This document shows positions 17,301 through 26,177 of a stretch of DNA of 51,212 bases, one piece after another. The notes below the pieces were generated by a model, which had not been told where the DNA came from, made no database searches, and was given only the letters and a program-made list of their open reading frames with translations. This stretch comes from an uncultured virus (IMG/VR IMGVR_UViG_2049941000_000254) (Duplodnaviria > Heunggongvirae > Uroviricota > Caudoviricetes), in the IMG/VR virus record IMGVR_UViG_2049941000_000254; one strand, written 5' to 3'. The translations under genes and the position numbers were made by a program. Numbering within the stretch: the first letter of the stretch is position 1; every line of letters begins with the position of its first letter.

Positions 17301-18517
17301 CCGCCTACGGCTAATCGCGCCGCAACATTTTCGTCGGTCTGGACGAGTCCAGCCAACCACTGTCCGTAGAATTTGAGGTTGACCGCCGCATTAGCGTCAC
17401 GGTCATGGTGACAGCCACATACCGGGCATGTCCATTCACGGTCAGCGAGAGTTAAATTGTCATTATGATAGCATCCGCAGTGCGAGCAGTAACGACTACT
17501 TGCATAGAACTGAGGAGCAAATATGAGCTTGATGCCAAGCCATTGACACTTGTATTTAAGAAATTCCTTGATTCTGCCGAAATTGGCATCTAGGATACTG
17601 GATGCAAGATTGTGATTCTTCGCCATATTACCGGGTCGAAGAGTCTCCATCACAATCATCTTTGGCTTCAACTTGTAGGTCAGGTCGGAAGTCATCTGGT
17701 GAGCATGGTTCACTCGGATACAGGTGACCTTGTGCCAAGCCTTTGCCAACCGCTTCCTAGCCTTCTTGCGGTTCTTTGACTTCTTGTGTTTCCTAGATAC
17801 CGCCTTCTGCAATCGATTGATGCGAGTTATATAGCGTCGGTATGCTTTCGGATTGGAATAGACAATGCCGCTAGAAGTGATTCCAGAATCCTTCACGCCG
17901 AGGTCGATACCCTCGATGTCATCGGAAGCAATTTCGGTATCTGGCGAATAAAGTGGTTCTACATCGACATGGTAGGCGAACGACACCGACCAGTGACCCG
18001 TAGGGTCTACCGATACGGTAGCCATCGCAATAGGCGTCTTCTCCACGCCGTCCGGTATCTTTATGTAATCCTTCTCGGCTAGACGGACACGACCGAGCGT
18101 GGGGAGCTGGACGAAATCACGACCGATGAATACACCGCCCGAACACCGGAATGATTCGTCTACGCCGTACTTATGGAACCGTGGATGCTTGGCTAGACCC
18201 TTGAAGAATCGCTTCCAGGCGGAACCGAGGTCGATAAGTGCCTCCTGACCGCAGAACTTGGAAACTTCCGTCATCCATTTGTTCTCCGGTAGCTTTTTAT
18301 GGATGCACCATTCCTTATGCCAGTCGATGGGCGTACCGAGCTTGCACTTGACCTTCTCGCCTTCTGGTGTGTTCTTCTTGGCTTCCTCGTAGGCTTGATT
18401 CTGGACAGCGAGCTTCCAGTTGTATGCACGACGAGAGACAGCGCACATACGGTACATCGTCCGTATCTGAGCCTTAGTCGGCAGTAAGCCTATCTTTCGT
18501 CCGCACTGTTGTTCCAT
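17153..18517 (-). CDS. tnpB: TnpB RNA-guided nuclease, 454 aa, complete
   Basis: HTH N-terminus; GIDLGVK / VMETL / DRDANAA catalytic D-E-D; Zn finger. Confidence 0.95.
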   Translation of the reverse strand: MEQQCGRKIGLLPTKAQIRTMYRMCAVSRRAYNWKLAVQNQAYEEAKKNTPEGEKVKCKLGTPIDWHKEWCIHKKLPENKWMTEVSKFCGQEALIDLGSAWKRFFKGLAKHPRFHKYGVDESFRCSGGVFIGRDFVQLPTLGRVRLAEKDYIKIPDGVEKTPIAMATVSVDPTGHWSVSFAYHVDVEPLYSPDTEIASDDIEGIDLGVKDSGITSSGIVYSNPKAYRRYITRINRLQKAVSRKHKKSKNRKKARKRLAKAWHKVTCIRVNHAHQMTSDLTYKLKPKMIVMETLRPGNMAKNHNLASSILDANFGRIKEFLKYKCQWLGIKLIFAPQFYASSRYCSHCGCYHNDNLTLADREWTCPVCGCHHDRDANAAVNLKFYGQWLAGLVQTDENVAARLAVGGCSADACPSVYQKEGVTFVSPRDRRLQFFLADESCRAMKQELSSMNSLT

Positions 18518-18525
18518 ACAAAAAG

Positions 18526-18620
18526 AGACGCCTCGCAAGGAACTAAATCGCCATTCATTTCCTCACAAGGCATCTAAAGGTTTCTTTCGGTTCTACCGGA
18601 GAATGGCGATAATCCGGTAG
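18526..18620 (-). promoter_or_regulatory. Kissing-loop 5' leader RNA of tnpB (element 2)
   Basis: 8-bp hairpin with loop UUAUCGCCAUUC; 17-bp hairpin (4 G.U) with loop containing GAAUGGCGAU; 10-nt complementarity; own promoter TTGCAA-N17-TATATT at 18661-18633. Confidence 0.75.
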
Positions 18621-18661
18621 TTCTTTATGTCAAATATAGTAAACAGTAAACAAGATTGCAA

Positions 18662-19441
18662 CTAATCATCTGACCATCTGGATAATCCGACTGCATCACC
18701 AAGTCTAGTATTTTTCTTAGGCAAAATCTTATTCCATTCTTCGTTGGTATGTTGTTCTTCTGGCATGTTTTTATGCAGCCAGGTTGTTGCTCGCTGAGAT
18801 GGGTGACTAGAAGACACCCTATTACGATTCATACTTATATTACCACCAGACCAGTTTTCAGTCCAATCGTTAATAATATCATCTAAGGTACGCCGCCATG
18901 AGCCACTCCAGCTCACTAATTTTTTTAAAGAATTCAAATAATGCTTAACTCTAGCATCATTTTTCATAATAAGTCCGCTAAATAAACCAATCAGCATTGC
19001 GGGTACCGTTCGTATCGCATCAAATGCCCTATTTTGATATACACGAACGAATTTGGCGTTGGGATTATCTTGGTCATACCCAGTGCCTTCATAATGCTTA
19101 AATTGATTCAATAAATAATAATTAGAACCGGGTTCCACTGGTTGTGCATCCGGTTTCAATTNNNNNNNNNNGCCAAATAGGATATTCCCTAATGATTGGA
19201 TAACGCTTTTATACAATTTGTATGTTACATATACTGAAACCGGTGCCGCTAAAAAAGTCGAAATGTCACCATCAAATAACGACGCTTCTGTTAAACAAGA
19301 TGCTGTTTGATGTGCAACATCATGTTGTGCTTCAATCAGTGCTTTATACCCCTTGACCAGCGGTTCTGCTGCATCCGGCACATTATACATCTTACAGACG
19401 CTTTCAATGAAATTGGCGTAAGTCATTTCCAACTGGTTCAT
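18662..19441 (-). CDS. Cargo protein of unknown function inside IS607 element 2 (spans gap 19162-19171)
   Basis: AT-rich ORF between tnpA and tnpB; TATAAACT at 19479-19472; N-terminal FIES-x16-GYKALIEA motif. Confidence 0.7.
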   Translation of the reverse strand: MNQLEMTYANFIESVCKMYNVPDAAEPLVKGYKALIEAQHDVAHQTASCLTEASLFDGDISTFLAAPVSVYVTYKLYKSVIQSLGNILFGXXXXLKPDAQPVEPGSNYYLLNQFKHYEGTGYDQDNPNAKFVRVYQNRAFDAIRTVPAMLIGLFSGLIMKNDARVKHYLNSLKKLVSWSGSWRRTLDDIINDWTENWSGGNISMNRNRVSSSHPSQRATTWLHKNMPEEQHTNEEWNKILPKKNTRLGDAVGLSRWSDD

Positions 19442-19474
19442 GGTATATTCTCTCAACTAATGTATATCCATAGT

Positions 19475-20131
19475 TTATACTTTTGCCCCAGCATCGGCTG
19501 ACTTCTTTTCGGCTCGTTTCTTCCTGTTCTCCTTACCTCGTTTGCTGTACAGCTTGGCAGAGAATACAGCAATCAGTGATAGCATATCCTTTACCAAGTC
19601 AGCCTCGAACGACTCACTCAGCACGGATTCGACATACTCCACCTCGACGCCATGTGACCGGAAGTATTCCACAACCAGCTTGAAGTTGAACCTCGTAAGG
19701 CGGTCGTAATGCTCGATGACAACCTTATCGAACTTGTGTTCGCAAGCCAGTCGCATCATCTGCAACAGCTTCTTTCGGTTGTCATTCAAGCCGCTACCGA
19801 CCTCCTCGAATACATACTCAACTGCGTACTTCTTCTCAGCACAGTATTCTAGCAACCGGAGCTTCTGTCGGTCTAGGTCGCCATGCGACTTCTGGTCGGA
19901 AGTGGATACACGGCAATACACCGCTACTCGGTTGCCCTTACTGGCTGTGTTGGTCTGGTCTGGTTTGATTTCTCCGAGGTAAGCTCTGAGTTCGTCCTCG
20001 TCCCAGCGTCGGTTTCCCTTTTCGCTGGCACGGTAGGCGGTCAGTTTGCCTTCCTCCGTCCATCTGCGTAGCGTGTCTGGGCAACAGCCCAGAATCTCAC
20101 ACGCCTTCTTCGTTCTTACTTTCTTGCCCAT
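19475..20131 (-). CDS. tnpA: IS607 TnpA serine recombinase (MerR-like HTH plus resolvase domain)
   Basis: ACEILGCCPDTLRRW..EGKL; VYCRVSTSDQ; EEVGSGLN; HYDRLTRF; DMLSLIAVFSAKLY. Confidence 0.95.
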   Translation of the reverse strand: MGKKVRTKKACEILGCCPDTLRRWTEEGKLTAYRASEKGNRRWDEDELRAYLGEIKPDQTNTASKGNRVAVYCRVSTSDQKSHGDLDRQKLRLLEYCAEKKYAVEYVFEEVGSGLNDNRKKLLQMMRLACEHKFDKVVIEHYDRLTRFNFKLVVEYFRSHGVEVEYVESVLSESFEADLVKDMLSLIAVFSAKLYSKRGKENRKKRAEKKSADAGAKV

Positions 20132-20291
20132 TCTCAACCTCTATTCCGAGCATATCGGCACTGCGGTCGAGCATCGTCTGGAACTCTTCCAGGGTAGGCA
20201 AGGGGTCGATGTCGAACATCATGGGCTGGATAGTTCCGTCCTCAAGTTCGAACTCTTCCTTGGTGATGCGTACTACTTTCATGCGTTTCAT
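20097..20291 (-). CDS. Small acidic ORF inside the left end of IS607 element 2
   Basis: AAGGAG SD and TATAAACT upstream; overlaps the tnpA start. Confidence 0.6.
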   Translation of the reverse strand: MKRMKVVRITKEEFELEDGTIQPMMFDIDPLPTLEEFQTMLDRSADMLGIEVENGQESKNEEGV

Positions 20292-20395
20292 CTCGTTATA
20301 TCTCCTTTAAGTTTATAACGCAGCGCATAAAATATACATAATAATTCATAGAAACTCGTAGAAATTCATAGAAATCTAGTTGTCAGTTACTGTCC

Positions 20396-20610
20396 CATGT
20401 GAGGAAATGCTGTGCGGGCTCAACACCCTTCGGCAAGTCATCCTCGTTGTGCGGAAAGTTACGTGCGAACCATGTGGGTCCGAACCAAGTAAGCATTTCC
20501 GGGAAAATTTTCCGTTCATCCTCGAGGTCGATGTCATCGTAGTGTTCGCCTGTACGGACGGTCACCTTGTAGTAAATCTGGACGATGTCTGCATCGTATG
20601 TTTCTTTCAT
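20396..20610 (-). pseudogene. 5' half of the gene interrupted by IS607 element 2
   Basis: MKETYDAD...QHFLTW matches 16786-16880. Confidence 0.8.
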
Positions 20611-20611
20611 G

Positions 20612-21274
20612 TTACTTTTCCTTTACCTTTAAGTAATCCTTGACTTGGTTATCTGCCAGTTGCTTAAAATCCTTATCGAAATCACGTTTCCATTCCGCAT
20701 AGCCGTTATCACGCTGGCACAACATGATGTGCTTGCCACCGCAATAGACATTGAAATAGGAATATCCATCACGGCCATCCAATACCTTCTCGACCTTGGT
20801 TGCCCACGGGTACTTGATGCCGATAGCCTCTTCGGAGTTCTTGGGAAGATTTGCGATGCGCTTCTTTTCTTCCTCCTTGGCCTTGCGTATGGCTTCCGCT
20901 TTCGCCTTGGCATCCAGGTGCTGGATAATCGCATCGGCAATCTCGTTTTCATCCATGGGCCGCCTTGTTCGCGGATCCGGTTCATAGCCATCAGTGGTAT
21001 CTTCATAGGGCCAGTAGTTGCACCCGCCCTTGTAGTGCCCCTGGAACAGACCGGTCTCGCAAATGGATGACAGGATGTCGCACATGTGACGGAAATCGCC
21101 AGGTTTGTATCCTTCCTCGTAAAACATCCTTGTCCGTTTCGGCTTGTTCGCCTCGCCAAGGAGGAATTCCGGCGTAATGTCCATGGCGGCAGCTCGTATC
21201 TCATTTACGCTGTTTACGTCACGATACTCATCATCGCGGTCTCGGGCACATATATAGAAGTTCGAGAACGACAA
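20612..21274 (-). CDS. Hypothetical protein (start uncertain, near gap)
   Basis: Long ORF, coupled to the downstream ATG. Confidence 0.65.
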   Translation of the reverse strand: MSFSNFYICARDRDDEYRDVNSVNEIRAAAMDITPEFLLGEANKPKRTRMFYEEGYKPGDFRHMCDILSSICETGLFQGHYKGGCNYWPYEDTTDGYEPDPRTRRPMDENEIADAIIQHLDAKAKAEAIRKAKEEEKKRIANLPKNSEEAIGIKYPWATKVEKVLDGRDGYSYFNVYCGGKHIMLCQRDNGYAEWKRDFDKDFKQLADNQVKDYLKVKEK

Positions 21275-21864
21275 CGGTCGAANNNNNNNNNNNNNNNNNN
21301 NNNNNNNNNNNNNNNNNNNNGGGGCGTGACATCGTTAAGGAGTGTCGGATGGTAAAATAGGAACCAGTGTATTGTGTGGTCAGGACTCCACTGGGTTCCT
21401 CGCCAGTTGTTTGTGACACGCGGTTCGCATGTCACCCCACAAAGGAACGTATCGTCCAAATATAACGCCCCGAACTGATAGTCTCCGAACTTTCCACGCC
21501 ATTCCTCATCCAGGTCGGGATACTCCATTGTGTTCTTTTCGATACGCCAGTCACGGTTACTCATCCAATGGTTCTTACCATTGCTCTCATTCGGACGAAA
21601 CTCGATTTTCCAGTCGGGCTTCTTCTTTTCCAACGCGGCCTTGATGCGCATAAGTAACGGAAACTTTACAAAGTACGACTTTAACCGCCAGAAACGTTTG
21701 GCAATCTCGACTCTTNNNNNNNNNNNNNNNNNNNNNNNNNNNNNNNNNNNNNNNNNNNNNNNNNNNNNNNNNNNNNNNNNNNNNNNNNNNNNNNNNNNNN
21801 NNNNNNNNNNNNNNNNNNNNNNNNNNNNNNNNNNNNNNNNNNNNNNNNNNNNNNNNNNNNNNNN

Positions 21865-22172
21865 ATTGTGGAATGGTTCGAACGGATCTGCCTGAGCTCA
21901 ATCATGAGCTTGGTGACATCCTCTCGGTCATACTTGGGGAGTTTCAGGTCCACCTTGATTTCATTGTCGATGAACTCCTTAGCAATTTTGAGACGGTCGG
22001 AAATCCTGGTTTTCTTTGCATTCTTCAATGCACCCAAGGCACTGCTATGTGCCGCTTCGGCCTTCCCCATGGCCTCCTTGGTTTCCAGTTCCGTATTGGT
22101 GCAATCTTTTATTTGCTGCTCATGTTCAGCATCGCACTCGTCAAGCTGTTTCTTAAAATCCTTTACTGACAT
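21865..22172 (-). CDS. Hypothetical coiled-coil protein, partial
   Basis: AAGGA SD. Confidence 0.6.
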
Positions 22173-22182
22173 GGGTATTTCC

Positions 22183-22659
22183 TTACACGAAATTTGTCGG
22201 GTTGGTTTCCTTGCTCTTCTGGAACAGCGGTGTCATGAACACCTTGCACGGCTTGCCCAGCTTCTTGCAGCGGTCGATGTTGGCCTTGGTGCCCCGTGAC
22301 GTGCCATCCCAGAACCCAATGGCAATGTCGCATTCCTCTGTCATGGCCACGTCCTTCACCTGCTGGAACTCTTCGCCGCGCTTACCGGCTGTATCCTTCC
22401 ACAATGATACGACGTTGGCAAAATGCGCATGGCGCGGTTCCTTGCCGGAGCAGAATATCCGGACATTGGGATAGTCGATATCCTCCAGGAATGACTGTGC
22501 CAGGTTGTCAGCACCGTAGCAGTCACCGATGAGGAATTCAGGTTGATATGTCTTGATGAGTTCATGCAGTGCATCGAGCATTTCTGCTGTCAGCATGTCT
22601 AGGGTTGAACTGCCGAACACGAACACTTTCATTGGATGTTCCGGACTAAACGTTTTCAT
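22183..22659 (-). CDS. SLOG-superfamily (YspA/DprA-like) nucleotide-binding protein
   Basis: VFVFGS, FLIGDCYGADNLAQ, KDVAMTEECDIAIGFWDGTSRGTKANI. Confidence 0.8.
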   Translation of the reverse strand: MKTFSPEHPMKVFVFGSSTLDMLTAEMLDALHELIKTYQPEFLIGDCYGADNLAQSFLEDIDYPNVRIFCSGKEPRHAHFANVVSLWKDTAGKRGEEFQQVKDVAMTEECDIAIGFWDGTSRGTKANIDRCKKLGKPCKVFMTPLFQKSKETNPTNFV

Positions 22660-22765
22660 CTTTTCCAACCACGCCTTTCAGCGATTCAATCCGCTTGTTG
22701 ATTTTGTCGATTTCCGCATTAAGCGGTTTGCTTGTCTGGGTATTATTTTCTTTGCTCATGCCACA

Positions 22766-22827
22766 AATGTAGCAAATGACAAACCGAACGGCAACCGGTT
22801 GCCAACAGTCGCATTCTTTGCTACATT
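22766..22827. promoter_or_regulatory. Back-to-back divergent promoters
   Basis: TTGCCG-N17-TACATT (minus) and TTGCCA-N17-TACATT (plus) around the palindrome GGCAACCGGTTGCC. Confidence 0.8.
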
Positions 22828-22833
22828 TGGAAT

Positions 22834-23018
22834 ACTCGCAGGGATATCACCTTGCGTTACGGGGAATAACGCTTTTCGAGTTTCGATAACTACGCCATCG
22901 CGATGTCCCGATGTAAACCCGTGGAACTTGCAACGACCAGGTTATCCCCTGCGGGGGCGCCGAGTGGTGCAGCGTAACCCGCTACGCTTAGCCTCATCAG
23001 CAGCGGGTATTTCTTTTT
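22834..23018 (+). ncRNA. Unrecognised structured RNA or attenuator leader ending in an intrinsic terminator
   Basis: Closing stem 22835-22846/22943-22955 starts at the predicted TSS; inner hairpins; ACCCGCT/AGCGGGT followed by a U tract. Confidence 0.6.
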
Positions 23019-23027
23019 ATAGAGGAA

Positions 23028-23426
23028 ATGTCTATGTACAACTATCTGAAAGGCGGTGAGCAGTACAAGTACGCCACCCATCCGATTATTGTCACAATTC
23101 CATCTGGTGACCCCCTCTACGCGGACCACTGCACAGACTATAATTATATTTCCCAAACCAAGATTAACCTGTCGAAGAAGCTGTACGAACTGTTCGGCAT
23201 CCATCTCGACTGGCACACTTTTACACAAAGGGTCAAAGGCCAAACATGCTGGGCAAGTTCGGAAGTAAAGTTCTGGCTTCCGTGCGAGAATATCAGCGAA
23301 TTTGCTGCCACGCATACACTTGCCTTCTCTCGTCCGTTCAGCAAATATCTGCAGAAACGCCCGAAGATCGAGCTTTTCCAAGACGAGTTGGGCATCTACT
23401 GGCTAAAAGTAAATGGCGACATCTAA
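23028..23426 (+). CDS. Hypothetical protein
   Basis: GAGGA SD directly after the terminator. Confidence 0.65.
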   Translation: MSMYNYLKGGEQYKYATHPIIVTIPSGDPLYADHCTDYNYISQTKINLSKKLYELFGIHLDWHTFTQRVKGQTCWASSEVKFWLPCENISEFAATHTLAFSRPFSKYLQKRPKIELFQDELGIYWLKVNGDI

Positions 23427-23438
23427 GGAGAAAATACT

Positions 23439-23612
23439 ATGCTCGCATCAATCAACACCAATCTCAATGTCTACATCGAGCCCAACGAGCTCACATGGAA
23501 AATCATCCGCGACAACAAGAAGAAGTATTACAGTCCCAAGGAGCTCGATGAACGCATCGCTGAAATGAAGGAACATATGACCACGGTAAATGTCCGGGGA
23601 GAGATCAAGAAG
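23439..23612 (+). CDS. Hypothetical protein, partial
   Basis: TAAGGAG SD. Confidence 0.6.
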
Positions 23613-23807
23613 NNNNNNNNNNGCGGCCTACCAGGGGCTTACCACAGCGTTCACATGTCCCTTTCATAAGAACCCCAGCATGGTCAACACGTTAGGTGGG
23701 CATGGCCTTATTTTTTAAGGCTGTTGTTTTCTTTCAGAATGGCGGCAATTTTGCAGAAAAGGATTCCGCCAACAAATCCTAGGCAAAGAGCGAACAGAAC
23801 GAACATG

Positions 23808-24262
23808 TTATTCCACCTTGCTCAGGTTTATTCCCGAGAAATTCGGGGTAATTGTGTTGGCATCCGCGCCGGGCATTTTGCCGTTCCACTTTTCGAGACG
23901 GGCCATGGTTTCTTCATGCTTCCATGCACTCTGCTGGATTGCATAGTTGGATGCAATCGCCTTGTTTTTTGCGGTCATTGCCTTTGCTTCGGCCTCTGCT
24001 GCAACGACGATTGCTTCGGCCTTCTTCTTTGCGATTTCAAGCTCGTTTTCGGCCTTGTTGAGGGCGTTGCGATAGGTTGCGGAGTCTGCCTGCAGCTGGG
24101 CCTGTGCGGCGACTACCTTCTTTTCGTTGATAGCCCTTTCGATTTCCACGTCAGCCTTGGCCGTCTTTTCCTTCTGGGTCTTAATCATGGTTTCCTTAAT
24201 CTGGTTGTCAAAATCGAGTGTCCAGTCCCAGTTGGAAATGTTGACATCCTGAATGACGATAG
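23808..24262 (-). CDS. SPFH/band-7 (prohibitin-like) protein, C-terminal part
   Basis: IQDVNISNWDW..DFDNQI, AEAEAKA coiled coil, LEKWNGKMP. Confidence 0.75.
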
Positions 24263-24451
24263 NNNNNNNNNNGTATTACTGTTCATTGATTTCTCCTTTG
24301 AGATGTTAATTTAAGTTAAACTATCGAATGCACCGAGTCGGCATCGTATATGTGGAAATCAGAGTTGACGACCATCCTGCCGACTACTCAAATATAGCAA
24401 AAATATCCACCGGAAGCCTACCGGTGGCAGTTTTTTTGCTATATTTGGAAT

Positions 24452-24633
24452 ACCCACCGGGCTATTACCTGGTGTGGCCGGGAATAATCGCGTGGATGGC
24501 GCGAGAATACCGGTCCGTGCGTCCACGAGCGATGCGTGGAGGGTCGGAGCTCGACCTTAAGGGGCCAAGGTTATCCCGTTCTCCTAGAAATGCGGGCAGT
24601 AAAACTTATCTGGTTTCAAAAACTACGCCTTCG
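24452..24633 (+). ncRNA. Unrecognised multi-hairpin RNA
   Basis: Starts 7 nt after TGCTATATT; five consecutive GC-rich stems; no credible ORF. Confidence 0.55.
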
Positions 24634-24758
24634 NNNNNNNNNNGCTGCATCCGGTAGAAGAATGTCACGATTTCCGGTTCGGCATCCTTGTTCCCGATGC
24701 AGTCAATCATGTCCTGGCAGATGCCTGCCAATGGTGGTTCGATAACTTTCATGGCCAA

Positions 24759-24801
24759 AATGTAGTAAAGTATTGACAAGATGGCAACAAAAGGCTAGTT
24801 T
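24759..24801. promoter_or_regulatory. Overlapping divergent promoters
   Basis: Minus TTGCCA-N17-TACATT-N6-ATG(24752); plus TTGACA-N17-TAGTTT. Confidence 0.7.
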
Positions 24802-24822
24802 TATGGCAACGGAGACAATCTT

Positions 24823-25191
24823 ATGACAGTCGAAGCAATCGTTTTTATCGTCATCGCCATCCTGCTAGTTGGGGTACCGGCATTCTTAACGTTTTGGGAC
24901 TACAAGCACTACAATCCTTATACGGAAGTGGTATGCCTGAACAACAACTCCTTCATCGTGGAGACCAGGTTCCTAAGCACCCTGGACAAGCTGGAAAACG
25001 GCGAGCCGTCCCTATTTTCGGGAACATCCCATGTCCTGTACGAGAAGTTCCGCGACGAGGTCATGAGTGCGGCCATGAAGGAGAAGCCCAGGGAAACCAA
25101 GACCTACTTCCTGGTCAATGCCGTGTTCCGGGGCAACAAGATTATCATCGACTACGCGCCGGTGGATATCAATTCTCTCTACAACGGGTAA
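24823..25191 (+). CDS. Hypothetical membrane-anchored protein
   Basis: GGAG SD; N-terminal TM segment. Confidence 0.75.
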   Translation: MTVEAIVFIVIAILLVGVPAFLTFWDYKHYNPYTEVVCLNNNSFIVETRFLSTLDKLENGEPSLFSGTSHVLYEKFRDEVMSAAMKEKPRETKTYFLVNAVFRGNKIIIDYAPVDINSLYNG

Positions 25192-25194
25192 GCG

Positions 25195-25515
25195 ATGCCA
25201 AGATTTTCGTTTGATGTGCAGCCTAATACCGTCCAGATAATCAGGAACAGTATGGACAACGGCACTGACGTATTTGTCAATGTCCGTGCGAAGGGCGAAA
25301 CCCGGATTTTCTGGGCATCCGACTGGGATATAGAGCGGGGTGAGGGTTCATCGGCCTACGAGCTCCGTTTCGGCGAGCAGGAATATACTGTAAACGAAAT
25401 GAAACAAAACATCGTCATACTCAACAAGTACGACAAGCCGCAGCACGTACTCATCGAGCTGCAGGAAATTGAATATGTCAGGCCGTTCCCGGTCACCGCA
25501 ACCACAGGATTTTGA
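25195..25515 (+). CDS. Hypothetical protein
   Basis: Tight operon packing. Confidence 0.7.
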   Translation: MPRFSFDVQPNTVQIIRNSMDNGTDVFVNVRAKGETRIFWASDWDIERGEGSSAYELRFGEQEYTVNEMKQNIVILNKYDKPQHVLIELQEIEYVRPFPVTATTGF

Positions 25516-25518
25516 TGT

Positions 25519-26025
25519 ATGGGCCCGTTTGTTTTTATCGGTTTCTTCTTTGTGATTGCCGTGCTGTTGTTCATCGGACTTTATAAGCACGGCAAGGAAC
25601 ACCCGGAATTAGGGACCGTCGAGATCGTAGAGATCGACGGCAAGTATGCAGTCCGCCAGTATGGATACTATGCTGGATATGGCAAGGCTATGCAAGTAGA
25701 TATCGACAAAGGAAAGAAACCGTTTGCCGATGGATTGCTTCGGTGGCGTTATGCTAACGGAATGACAAGAACAATTCATTTCGACAAGGAACCCGAATGG
25801 AGTTACTTGGATAAGTATGGACACTCGACTGGTTTCTTAGTTGTTGCGAAAGAACCGGCACCAGACTGCCTGTGGTCTTACGAAAATGCCGAACGGATTG
25901 CAAATAAAGTTAAACAATGTGTCGATAATTTACTGAAAGAGCTTGATGTCAAGAATAGTAAGAAGGTCAAACGAGAAGCTTGGTCAAACAAGTGTGCGAA
26001 AGCCAAGTCCGTCAAGCGCCTCTAG
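25519..26025 (+). CDS. Hypothetical membrane-anchored protein
   Basis: N-terminal TM segment. Confidence 0.7.
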   Translation: MGPFVFIGFFFVIAVLLFIGLYKHGKEHPELGTVEIVEIDGKYAVRQYGYYAGYGKAMQVDIDKGKKPFADGLLRWRYANGMTRTIHFDKEPEWSYLDKYGHSTGFLVVAKEPAPDCLWSYENAERIANKVKQCVDNLLKELDVKNSKKVKREAWSNKCAKAKSVKRL

Positions 26026-26177
26026 GAAACGTAGTAGTCGTATGGAGAGACAAATGATTGAAGCGCCATTGAAAACATGGGTACTCTGCTGGATTCCCAG
26101 TCCTGACCGAAACGACACGGATATACATTACTGGGGAGGTAAGGGCTGTGGCCGATGGGAAACCGATNNNNNNNNNN

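Larger units (their letters stand above)
17103..20395 (-). mobile_element. IS607-family element 2: small ORF - tnpA - cargo gene - tnpB
   Basis: Left CACATGGG|ACAGTAAC, right GAGTTATCGG|ACAAGAAG; 11-bp-period CATAGAAA repeats inverted at the two ends; the empty site is present at 16783. Confidence 0.9.

Noticed and set aside
22860..22950. Cobalamin riboswitch (GGGAA...GTCCCG..GTAA...CCAG)
   Set aside because: Only scattered short matches; the B12-box and T-loop consensus are not convincing. Kept as an unknown RNA
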